A model generated the notes under the pieces. It did not search any database, was not told where the DNA came from, and was given only the letters and a program-made list of their open reading frames with translations. Of a stretch of DNA of 64,000 nucleotides, positions 1-9,427 are shown in pieces (within the stretch, counting starts at the first letter, position 1; each line of letters begins with the position of its first letter). The stretch comes from Salisapilia sapeloensis CBS 127946 (Eukaryota > Protista > Oomycota): NCBI GenBank assembly GCA_023334545.1, contig JAADVB010000061.1, forward strand, positions 18,780-82,779. The letters are read 5' to 3'. The position numbers and the translations under genes were made by a program.

Positions 1-524
1 GATTCCATGACCCACGGAGGGATACGATGTCGATAGTGTTCTAAGATCGCAGCGACTTCCACAGCGACCGAGAGAGATTGTTCAATCGATCGTTCACGTA
101 GGACTAGAGATAATAGTAAAGACGCTAGATCTTCATATCGGCGTGTAGCGAGGAAGAGATCGAGGGTTCCTCGTAGCGCATCAAGCGAAATCCGATCGTT
201 GTTCACGATACAGAGCTCCGACTGGTACGCAATCCAGTGATCCATGGCTACATGTGTACGTGAGAGTTCTTGATGAAACACTGCAGGCGCCATGGTGTGA
301 TACAGGAACAGTAGTACGTCCATAATGACGCCAGAGCACCCGGTCGCTTCGGCTGCACGAAGGAGGTGCGCCTTGGCCCGGAGAGATCGTAGATTAAGTG
401 TGTAGAGGTCAGCATAGTCATATACGAGAGGGGTGTCATCTAGCTGATTATCAGCGTCTTCGAGCCCCAAGTGCCGACGCAAGAGCTGCGCCACGACCGC
501 ATCCGGGTCTGTCTCCTTGGACAT
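1..524 (-). CDS. Hypothetical protein, 5' part (runs off the left edge; absent from the ORF track)
   Basis: Manual translation from ATG at 524 gives 174 codons without a stop (MSKETDPDAVVAQLLRRHLGLEDADNQ...EHYRHRIPPWVME), helical in character. It is divergent from TBCA, 83 bp away. Confidence 0.7.
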   Translation of the reverse strand, partial: MSKETDPDAVVAQLLRRHLGLEDADNQLDDTPLVYDYADLYTLNLRSLRAKAHLLRAAEATGCSGVIMDVLLFLYHTMAPAVFHQELSRTHVAMDHWIAYQSELCIVNNDRISLDALRGTLDLFLATRRYEDLASLLLSLVLRERSIEQSLSVAVEVAAILEHYRHRIPPWVME

Positions 525-607
525 GTTTCTTTCTTGTCATGCCCATACAAATACATATACAAATTTCATCGCGTTGTATTGGAATTATATTGAAAAATCT
601 ATTCGAG

Positions 608-981
608 ATGGAGCGACAGTTTAAGATCAAAGTCGGGACGCTACGTCGGTACGTCTGGACTTTAAGTAGACTGTAGACGTAGATGCTGATGAAAGTGGTA
701 GTGTTAGCAAGGATTTGGAGTATTATGTGAAAGAGCGAAAGGAGCAGCAGGACCGGATTGATCGGATGAGGCAGGAAGGGGCGGACGAGTATGATATCAA
801 AAAGCAGGAAGAAGTGCTTGCAGAGACCGATACGATGCTACCGGAAAGCCAGACGAGACTGCATGATACTGTGCGTGATGTCACAGCGTTTTTGCAGGAT
901 AATAATGAAGAGATTCAGGATGAAGAGCTCAAGCAGCAAGCGCAAGCATTGGTAGAGGCCGCACAGACTTTGCTCAAGTAG
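608..981 (+). CDS. TBCA: Tubulin-specific chaperone A
   Basis: MERQFKIKVGTLRR | intron 649-701 (GTACGT..TAG) | VSKDLEYYVKE...GADEYDIKKQEEVLAETDTMLP, a typical TBCA sequence. Confidence 0.92.
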
Positions 982-1209
982 ACTTTACTAGCTTATAAGG
1001 AACATGCTATTCTTTCTCTCCCAACTTTGTATCAATAAGCTCTACTGGCTATTGGATATCCTGTGAATTTTTGTTGGAGGACAATGTCTTGGCTTACTTG
1101 TGGTCATGCAGATGATCATCTTATTACTTGGTAGCTCTAACATACCAGTGCTTGTGGGAGCCTGGCTTCTCACTGCTTCATCAATAATGACTAGCCAGAA
1201 TGTGTTCAA

Positions 1210-1458
1210 TTAATGGGTACTGGGCTCCTTTAGGATGAATTCGCAGCGGAAGGAAGAGATCACGCATGACTCAATCTTAAACGCGCCGGCGACGACGATC
1301 AATGACTCCTGAGTGGAGGACCTTGCATGCTCAATAAGACTTTCGTTTAGCAATAGATGGGGCTCTTTAATATCAGCAGTCGACTTTACCCGTGAAGACA
1401 CATACCCAAGTTTCCAATCACAAGATACAAGATACGGAGACAGGATATCTACTTCCAT
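1210..1458 (-). CDS. Small protein, possibly COMM-domain-only (COMMD6-like)
   Basis: PYLVSCDWKLGYVSS...KEPHLLL resembles the COMM signature (LVDFQWKLG..SS......P). The 3' end is uncertain and may be spliced. Confidence 0.38.
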   Translation of the reverse strand: MEVDILSPYLVSCDWKLGYVSSRVKSTADIKEPHLLLNESLIEHARSSTQESLIVVAGAFKIESCVISSFRCEFILKEPSTH

Positions 1459-1646
1459 GGTATCTACGACTACTGCTTCTCATTAGATCAAGTTCTTGAC
1501 CTCTCTCAGCATTATTTCATTAAACGAGTGGATCTAATCTAGTGGTAAAGCTTCCCTCAGTTATAATGATAAAGTTGCAAGAGATGAAACGCCTTCGATG
1601 CAACGTCTTTTGGAAGCTCTAATCATCAAATGGGCCGTTCGTCGAC

Positions 1647-4580
1647 ATGAGCAACTACTTGTATCGACTACTCCTCGTTATCCTTTGTACCTGCTCATTG
1701 CCCGTGCATGGTGCCAATTGGGCACAAGTTAGTGGCACGAGGTACACGAATGCTGTCGCGTTGGACAAGACGCCGTGGAGAGCTCGACATGGACACTCGG
1801 CAGTCGCGCTCGACTTTTCAGATGAATACATCGAAGAAACAGGAAAGCTAGGTCGATTGTTTGTGGTCGGCGGAGACTCGAGTGTTCAAGGTGACCAAGA
1901 CCTTCGTGCATATCCTGGAGGCGGGTCTTTGCGTAACGACGTCTGGGCTACAACCGGTATCACGTGGTCGATTCAAACGAGTCCACTGAAGACAACAAAG
2001 TGGGGTGATCCATTGCCACGGACTATCGCGAACATGACTTGGCTGCAAACAAATCCAGGAAAGCGACCACCACGAGGTATTACCTACCCGGAATGGATTG
2101 CATGTGCCTTTGCACCGTGGGCACAATTTCCACCCAAAGGGTGTGAGGATCCTTCCAAGCCACCTGGAGCCTACCTTGCAGACAACATGTTCTCACCTAG
2201 ACGTAACTTTGCCACTGTAGCATTCAATAAGGAGATCTACGTCATTGGAGGTAGAGCTCGAGAGCATATACCGCTACCCCAGACTGATCTTCGTGGCGGT
2301 GTTACTGGATGGCAGGTCAATATGTCCACTGAAGCGAAAGTCGCTAATCTTTCTCGAAATGTACGTTGGAGGGAGTATACGGTCCTCAAGAATGATGTCT
2401 GGAAGAGTAAGGACGCTGGTGCTTCCTGGACATTGGTCACACCTGGATGCTTCATGCCTCAGGCAAACCTGGTGCACAAGGCTGGTGACCGGTTCTTCCA
2501 ATGCATTGACGACGACCAGTGTGAAGGCGATGCTTCGTGTCAATTTGCTAGTGCTAGCGCGAGTCTCGGAGTATGTATCTGTAAAATGTGGTCACCACGC
2601 GAGTTCCACGCAGTAGCAATCCACGATAACGCTTTCTATCTTACTGGGGGATATGCTGCAGTGCAGCTAGGAAACTGTGGTGTCGAAGAGTGGGCACGTA
2701 CGAGGGAGCCAGGAGAAGAGTTTGCTTGTGGAGGTGGCTATCGAGCATATATGAACGACGTATGGAAGTCTACAGATGGAGAGCATTGGAAACTATTGAA
2801 GCTTGAAGCTCCTTTTGCTCCAAGAGGTGAGCATACGCTATCATCCTTTCGATCGTCAATGTACTTGATGGGAGGTAGAACTGGCATTTCGAAAAGCACG
2901 AATGGTAACTCAGAGACAGAAGCTTTGCTAAACGATATGTGGGTCAGTGAAAATGGCATCGACTGGAGTGAAGTAACAGACGCAGTGCCTTGGTCAAAGA
3001 GAGCGAAGCATACTGTCCTTGTGCTACCTGGATCCACTGATCCGTCTTCCGGAGAGGATGTAGAGGATCAACTACTTTTGTTTTTTGGTGAAAATGAAGA
3101 ACAAGCTCTTGGAGATGTTTGGATGTGGAAGGGAGAAGGCTCAAATTGGAATCAAGACTACTCTGCTGATACGGAAGTCGCAAAGTATGTCACCCCCTCA
3201 AGTAGCATCCATTTCCTGCGTGGCATCACATCAACGCACGTTGCTACTCTCCAGTCTGTCGGTTTGAATCGCATTGAGCAGCTTACGGATATTGACTTTG
3301 ATCTTACTATCAAGCTACGTAATTTCATGCCGATATGTGACTACATTGCGTTGGCACGAGTCATTTTGAAGACTTGCACGGTGACGACGGACGTGTACGA
3401 AGGACAGGAGTATGCAGATATAGAACTAGTACAAGGGAAGAGTGGTACAGCGGCAAAAACCGATGCCAATACCGACGAGATGACAGAGGACAATTGGGAC
3501 GGTTGTACACACCTTGGTGCTCAGTACCTAGATCCGAACACAAACCGGTGGGTCTGGCCAGATGTGAAAGGCATCGATCAAGTCGATACTCTCCGTGATA
3601 TATATGATGACGCACAAGAGACGATCTGTCGCTGGCATCCTGTTTCTCGAACAGGACATGCAGCAGCGATCTTTAAGCGCAAAGTCTTTGTCTTTGGAGG
3701 TCTGACTGCGCCTGATTATTATGAGAATGACGTTTGGTATCGCATTGATCGACGTCCTCAAGCTCAATTTGTGACTGTCCCTCGACCTTCGAGTTCAGAT
3801 ACCACTTTTACGTTCCGTAGTGATGCAGAAGGTGTCGTGTTTGAATACCACGTGCTCAATATAGTCGAGCAACTTGTGGTGCGAAACTGGACCAAGGTAT
3901 TGGATACGGTGGACTTTGAGTCATGGCTCGATCAAGGAACGTACAGGTTCCGTGTTCGAGCGGTGGATCCAGCTGGCAACGTCGATGCTACTTTTGAAGC
4001 TGGTCGAAACGAGTACGAGTGGACCTATGTGCCCAAGTTGCCATGGGGACTAATCATGGGGTTACTAAGCTTTGTTCTGGTGATTATCATGGGCGTGATC
4101 ATGGAAATAAGGAAGCGTCGTAAGCGTGCTGCAATGGAAAGATACGCTATGAAACGCATGCGCCGGAAACTCAAGGGAAAGAAGAAAGGAGCGGAGACGG
4201 ATCCGAATTGGCGTGAAACGTACGATAAGGCAAAAGACAAGAAAGCAGTGAAAAAGCGTACGAAGCTCATTGGTGGGAAGAAAGTAGCTGCAACAAAGAA
4301 GAAGAAAGAGGACAAGGTAGACAAGAAGAAAGATAAGAAAGATAAGAAAGACAAGAAAGAGGAGAAGAAGAAAGTAGATAAAAAGAAAGCGGACGACAAA
4401 GGAAAAAAGAAAAAGAAAGAGGAAAAAGTAAAGAGTGAAAAGACGAAAAAAGAGACCAAGGACAAAAAACCTTCGAGTAAAGTCAAACCAACGAAAGAAA
4501 GCAAGAGCAAGAAGAAGGAAGAGAAAGTCAAAGCATCGACGAAGAAGCCAGCATCCCCTAAAAAGAAAGGCACCAAATGA
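1647..4580 (+). CDS. Type I membrane Kelch-repeat protein with Cys-rich insert, Ig-like domain, TM helix and Lys-rich tail
   Basis: 977-aa ORF: signal peptide; repeated NDVW..S.DG..W / R.GH....F...YV.GG Kelch units; FRVRAVDPAGNVD Ig-like motif; TM at ~4044-4103; K/D/E-rich C-terminus. Confidence 0.85.
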   Translation: MSNYLYRLLLVILCTCSLPVHGANWAQVSGTRYTNAVALDKTPWRARHGHSAVALDFSDEYIEETGKLGRLFVVGGDSSVQGDQDLRAYPGGGSLRNDVWATTGITWSIQTSPLKTTKWGDPLPRTIANMTWLQTNPGKRPPRGITYPEWIACAFAPWAQFPPKGCEDPSKPPGAYLADNMFSPRRNFATVAFNKEIYVIGGRAREHIPLPQTDLRGGVTGWQVNMSTEAKVANLSRNVRWREYTVLKNDVWKSKDAGASWTLVTPGCFMPQANLVHKAGDRFFQCIDDDQCEGDASCQFASASASLGVCICKMWSPREFHAVAIHDNAFYLTGGYAAVQLGNCGVEEWARTREPGEEFACGGGYRAYMNDVWKSTDGEHWKLLKLEAPFAPRGEHTLSSFRSSMYLMGGRTGISKSTNGNSETEALLNDMWVSENGIDWSEVTDAVPWSKRAKHTVLVLPGSTDPSSGEDVEDQLLLFFGENEEQALGDVWMWKGEGSNWNQDYSADTEVAKYVTPSSSIHFLRGITSTHVATLQSVGLNRIEQLTDIDFDLTIKLRNFMPICDYIALARVILKTCTVTTDVYEGQEYADIELVQGKSGTAAKTDANTDEMTEDNWDGCTHLGAQYLDPNTNRWVWPDVKGIDQVDTLRDIYDDAQETICRWHPVSRTGHAAAIFKRKVFVFGGLTAPDYYENDVWYRIDRRPQAQFVTVPRPSSSDTTFTFRSDAEGVVFEYHVLNIVEQLVVRNWTKVLDTVDFESWLDQGTYRFRVRAVDPAGNVDATFEAGRNEYEWTYVPKLPWGLIMGLLSFVLVIIMGVIMEIRKRRKRAAMERYAMKRMRRKLKGKKKGAETDPNWRETYDKAKDKKAVKKRTKLIGGKKVAATKKKKEDKVDKKKDKKDKKDKKEEKKKVDKKKADDKGKKKKKEEKVKSEKTKKETKDKKPSSKVKPTKESKSKKKEEKVKASTKKPASPKKKGTK

Positions 4581-4707
4581 AATGCAACCAAACTTCAATG
4601 TTCGTAACCGTTAGCTGTCAAATGTTATGTAACCTGTGGACCAGGAGCCTTCATTTTCATACTTTTGCTCGCTAGCGTTTGGCTCGCAAGCTCTACTTCT
4701 TCTAACT

Positions 4708-5552
4708 ATGTCCGCATCCCTCGCTGCCGTACCTACGAACCGCCTTCTCCAAGAGCTGGAGAAGCGCATTGACTGTGCCAACAAAAAGGAGCGTCGTACC
4801 ATTTTCATCGGTACTGCTAGACGATATTCATTTCCATCCAACGTTTACTAAACGTATTTGACCTAGGTCCTCCTGGCTGTGGCAAAGGAACGCAGTCTCC
4901 TCTCGTCAAGGATGAGTACTGCTTGTGCCACTTGGCCACGGGCGACATGCTCCGTGCTGCCGTCCGTGAAGGTACGGAAATGGGCAAGCAGGCCAAGGCC
5001 AAGATGGACGCCGGTGAACTCGTGAGCGACGAGATCGTTGTCGGCATCATCAAGGACGCCATCAAGGATCCGGAATGCCGTCGTGGGTTCATCCTTGATG
5101 GTTTCCCCCGAACCGTCGTGCAGGCCAAAAAGGTAACCTGCTGTTTATGTGAAAGGAAACGTGTATGCAAATTGACAGCCAATTCGTAGCTCGATGAGAT
5201 GCTCGCGGAGGAAAACACGCAAGTCGACCATGTTGTTAACTTCAACATCCCGGACTCGGTGTTGAAAGACCGCATTGCCGGTCGTCGCGTCCACCCGGCG
5301 AGTGGTCGCAGCTACCACACCAAGTTCAACCCACCTAAGGTGGACGGTAAGGACGACATCACAGGCGAACCGTTGATCCAGCGCAAGGACGATGACGTTG
5401 GCAAGTTGGCCACTCGTCTTGATGCTTTCCACCAGCAGACGCAGCCGGTGATTGACTTTTACAAGTCGCAGGGCAAATTGGCGGACGTGAACGCAAACAC
5501 GGCTATGAACAACGTGACGGAGCAACTGCGTGCTAGCCTCGGCCGCGAATAG
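4708..5552 (+). CDS. AK2: Adenylate kinase (AK2 type)
   Basis: [30 protein letters not shown] and the LID region [13 protein letters not shown]. Introns 4811-4866 and 5133-5189. Confidence 0.96.
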
Positions 5553-5718
5553 ACTGTTGTAGTCATCTTCCTAGAGTCTTCTTTTCTGGAAGCTTTTGCT
5601 AAGTTTTTAGAAAGAAAATCAACTCGATTGCAGTATCATTCTTTTTCTTTTGTTGTAGCGATAAGGATTCGTAATGCTACTTCAGTGGACATGAAAGCCA
5701 TCCACAACAAAACATATC

Positions 5719-6449
5719 ATGGCATCCCCCGTCCTCACGGCGTACTTGGCGCTCTACAACGCCGTCTCGGCGGCTGGATGGGCCTACGTGCTGTACCTGA
5801 CTCTTGACAAGGTCTATGAACAATATACGATCGGTAGCGACGTCGAGTCCATTGCTCTCGTCGTCTACCGAACGGTCCATGTTCCTCTCCAAGTCGTGCA
5901 GTCCGCAGCGATGATGGAGATCCTGCACTCTCTCCTCGGATTTGTCCGATCTCCAGTGTCTTCTACTGTCATGCAGGTAGGCTCCCGTCTGTGGCTTGTA
6001 TGGGCCATCAACTACCTCTGCCCTTCGTCTCGTGCCACCATCGGTCTGCCCATGATGGTCACGAGCTGGGCACTCGTCGAGGTCCCTCGCTACTCCTTCT
6101 ACACGATCAACCTGTACACCAAGCCGCCAGCTTTCCTCACCTTCCTCCGTTACCACCTCTTCATGGTGCTCTACCCTTCCGGTGTCCTCGGTACGTCTCC
6201 TATCACTCTATTGTCGATCTCCATGTACTCATATATGGTACAGGTGAGGTACTCTGCATGCTCAGCGCCCTCCCGGATCTCGAGACTGGCATCTTCTCTG
6301 TCCAGATGCCGAACAAGCACAACATTTCCATCTCACTGTACATGCTCGTCATCCTCACGCTACTCGTGTACATTCCCGGCCTGCCCGTCATGTACTCGCA
6401 CATGCTCGTCCAACGCAATCGTGCGTATGGCAAATCGAAGAAAGAGTAA
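5719..6449 (+). CDS. HACD: Very-long-chain 3-hydroxyacyl-CoA dehydratase (PTPLA/PHS1)
   Basis: YLALYNAVSAAGW, MMEILHSLLGFVRS, QVGSRL, EVPRYSFY, LRYHLFMVLYPSGVLGE. Intron 6191-6243. C-terminal KSKKE ER-retention-like end. Confidence 0.93.
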
Positions 6450-6553
6450 GAAAGAAAACAAAAGAAAAGAGTTTAGGAAACAAAATTGTCTTGTCAATAT
6501 CACGCGTAGACACTTGGACGTCCATCACAAAAGTATTTTGTACCATTCCGACG

Positions 6554-7771
6554 TTAAAGGGTAGGCGTAGCGCCTGAATCGACTCGTAAGAGACTCTCTG
6601 GATCGTCTTCTTCACTTAAATTCTCCTTGACTTGATGCGAGATGACAACGACGACGGCGGCAAGGACAGCGACGCCACCGAGAATCGAGAAAGCGATCGT
6701 CTGGTTCAATCCAGACTCATTCGCTTCTGCCTTTTGCTGAGCTCGGAAAGCATTGTAAGCTTCTTCCTCCGACATGCTCCGGTACGAGTCATCCAATTGA
6801 CTCGCAATATTTTTATACCACGCGTGTGCCTTGGCGTTCGATGCTTTTGTTACGGAACCAGACGAGGCAGACGATAACGAGTTTGAGTTTCCACTCGATG
6901 ACTGTGCTGGCGACTCGGCCGGTGTATTCGTTGGCTTCAGCGGTGGCACTGTCTGCTGGTATGTTGATGCCTGTGACGGTGGCGTCATCTCTTGCCGCTC
7001 TGGCTTGGATGCTGATTCGTCTGCTGACGACTGTGCTGCCTCTTCAGACGACTGTGCTGCCTCTTGAGACGAGTGGGAGGTACTAGTACTAGACGATGAT
7101 GCATCGGATGCAGGAGGTACAATGATATCTTCTGAGACAGACGAGCCACTAGCTCCAGTGGCACTCCCAGAAGCTTGCTCTGGTGTATCCGGAGAGACTT
7201 CTGGTGTATCTTGCGAAACTTCTGGTGTCTCGGGAGAGACCACTGGTGTATCTGCAGGGATTACAAAAGTGTCGTCAGGGACTTGTGGAATGTCCGGAGA
7301 TACCTCTGGAGTATCCGGAGAGACTTCTGGTGTATCGTTTGCGGAAGGAGCTGGATCCATATCGGAGGACTGAACTAAACTTGCTTCAGATGATTGAGAT
7401 CCATTCGCTTCGGACGATTGAGATGCATTCGTGTCAGACGATTGGGATGCTGAGGCATTCCCAGAATCGGGCGGAACAAACGGAGGGTCCGTCGGTGCCA
7501 TCGACGGGGTGTCCAATCCATCGGTGAGGATGGGCCGGATCACGTCCTTCGTGGCATTCAACACATTTTCGACCGAATTTTTAAGATTTGCAGCATTCGC
7601 GAGCACGGAGCCTGGGCTCTTCACATTGGTGTCTTGGCCACCAGCCAAGTTGCTTACTATAGACGCTGGGTAGCTGGACGAGTCCTCCTTCTGCTGTGCT
7701 AAAGAGTGTGTTTCGCCCGTAAAGGCGCATACAGCCAGCGCTACGGCATTCAGGTAGAAAACCCACTTCAT
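6554..7771 (-). CDS. Mucin-like Ser/Pro/Thr-rich surface protein with signal peptide and C-terminal TM helix
   Basis: MKWVFYLNAVALAVCAFTG signal peptide; low-complexity S/P/T/E region; TM IAFSILGGVAVLAAVVVVI. Confidence 0.85.
   Translation of the reverse strand: MKWVFYLNAVALAVCAFTGETHSLAQQKEDSSSYPASIVSNLAGGQDTNVKSPGSVLANAANLKNSVENVLNATKDVIRPILTDGLDTPSMAPTDPPFVPPDSGNASASQSSDTNASQSSEANGSQSSEASLVQSSDMDPAPSANDTPEVSPDTPEVSPDIPQVPDDTFVIPADTPVVSPETPEVSQDTPEVSPDTPEQASGSATGASGSSVSEDIIVPPASDASSSSTSTSHSSQEAAQSSEEAAQSSADESASKPERQEMTPPSQASTYQQTVPPLKPTNTPAESPAQSSSGNSNSLSSASSGSVTKASNAKAHAWYKNIASQLDDSYRSMSEEEAYNAFRAQQKAEANESGLNQTIAFSILGGVAVLAAVVVVISHQVKENLSEEDDPESLLRVDSGATPTL
7179..7336 (-). repeat. 21-bp coding minisatellite (TPEVSPD-type 7-aa repeat, ~7.5 units)
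   Basis: Recurrent TCTGGTGTATCCGGAGAGACT-like units, translating as TPEVSPD/TPEVSQD/TPVVSPE. Confidence 0.85.
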
Positions 7772-8158
7772 CCGTACGGTCGAAAGAACTTCAGTGCGTG
7801 AAGGCAAGTCGGAAGTTAGTCTCCATCACTTCATATTACGCGAAAATGGCTGTTGCGTGCACACAACAGAAAAAGGGTGTTTTTAATCACGAAATACACA
7901 ACGCAAGTGAATCAGACGAGTACGTGCAGTACAAAACGGTGTCTTTATTCCAGATGGGAAGGCAGATGTACTCACTACTTCCTCCATTGACTTGACTTAA
8001 GTATACCCGCCTGACGTGTCGCCCATCACTATGCCGTCGCTCGATCGTCTGCAGCAAGGAAGACCTAAGGCACTATATCCGCTCGTAGGCTTCATCAATC
8101 CAAACTGTATCTTATTCCACCTTTTATTGTGGTATCCTAGCTATGACGAGATGTACAA

Positions 8159-9222
8159 CTACCCACCAAGGCGCGAGTCCACCGTCGTCTTCTTCCGCCG
8201 GCGTTCTAATGAGAAATCATAAATTGACATGGTGATGGTACAGATGGCTGGCATACAAACATACTGATTAAAGGAGAGCTGGTCGTTGGTACGCCACTGG
8301 ATCGCGTCGATCCGTTGCCGCTCACGCTGTCGAGCGGGAAGGACCGACGGACGTCCGACGGAGGCTGGAGACGCAAGTCGCATTGCTTCCGCTCTAAACT
8401 CTTAAGAGAGACATGGATACGACTTCCACCTAAAAGCGTCACTTTCACACCATCCGACTGCACGTCCGTGAGCTCTCCATAGAGCTCTTCCTCGGATAGT
8501 TTCGACGTCACGATCACACGATCGCCTGCCTTAATCCGGCGGGATGCATCACTACCTAATGCAATCGACTGTTCCTGTTCCTGTAAGATGACCGCCGGCG
8601 TTCCTCTCCTAGACGTTCGTCGACCACTATGCTTCGTAGTAGATGCTTCTTGCGTATACTTCTGAATGCATTCCACTTCTCTCAGCACTTCCTTGGCAAT
8701 CCGTTGGGCGGATGGGATGCTATGCACGAGGTGCTGGAGATTAAAAATCTTTTGATTTTGGGCTAAGGAAGTCTGGATTTCAGCTTCTAGCTCATCCTTC
8801 TCCACTTCCATCTTGTCAGGCTCTGTATCATTCACATCTAAACGCTTTCTCGTTCCTTGTTTAGCTTGGTGAGAAGGATCGAGCCGTCGGTCGATATGAC
8901 GTAGCTGGCGTCTCGCCTTTGCTAGCATCCGTCGACGCAGCCTCCGACGTTCATCCTGAAAGACATCATCTGCTTGCTGTAATTCATACTCCAACTGATC
9001 ATACCCGTTCTGTTTATTCAAATCGTGATGCACTCGAGCCGAATCAAGCGCTCGTTTGCGCTCCTTCTCGAACGGCCGACACTGCGCAATATACGCCACG
9101 AGCTCCCCACTCCGTAGACTATCAAGCTGACCTTTTGCTCGGTCTATTTGTTCCTGATAGATCTGTTTCTCTAGCTCCAATAGCTCTCGTACATTCAGCC
9201 CACTCGTCCGCTCCGTCGCCAT
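8159..9222 (-). CDS. Sds3/BRMS1-like Sin3-HDAC complex subunit with C-terminal SH3/Tudor-like barrel
   Basis: The N-terminal coiled coil ELEKQIYQEQI...QADDVFQDERRRLRRRML fits the Sds3-like family. Inferred intron 8206-8264 gives the end PLIKRRRKKTTVDSRLGG*. Confidence 0.65.
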
Positions 9223-9427
9223 CTTCTCTTCTCATCTACTTTCATAATAATGCGCATATTAAATGAAGATATACCCTTTGTCCTATTATAATCAAACACT
9301 TTTCTGTGTATCAATACACGTAATAAATAAAGACATATATAGTGTCCTGCTAAAAACAGATACTCTTCCTCCTCGGACTGACTCGGAGCACCCATCTCTA
9401 CCTCTACTAGCCATCGGACGTGGGAGA

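Noticed and set aside
1021-1209. Extra 3' exons for the COMM-like gene
   Set aside because: They would need introns of ~26-37 nt, shorter than any well-supported intron in this window.
4025-4598. Two Phe/Leu-rich minus-strand ORFs (188 and 177 aa) that look like membrane proteins
   Set aside because: They are antisense shadows of the AAG/GAA-rich Lys tail of the Kelch gene.
7179-7336. Short regular repeats as a CRISPR-like array
   Set aside because: They are tandem, lack unique spacers and are in frame within a eukaryotic CDS.
9263-9427. N-terminal extension of nicastrin in the ORF track
   Set aside because: The signal peptide begins at ATG 9428. The upstream part is AT-rich, promoter-like sequence.
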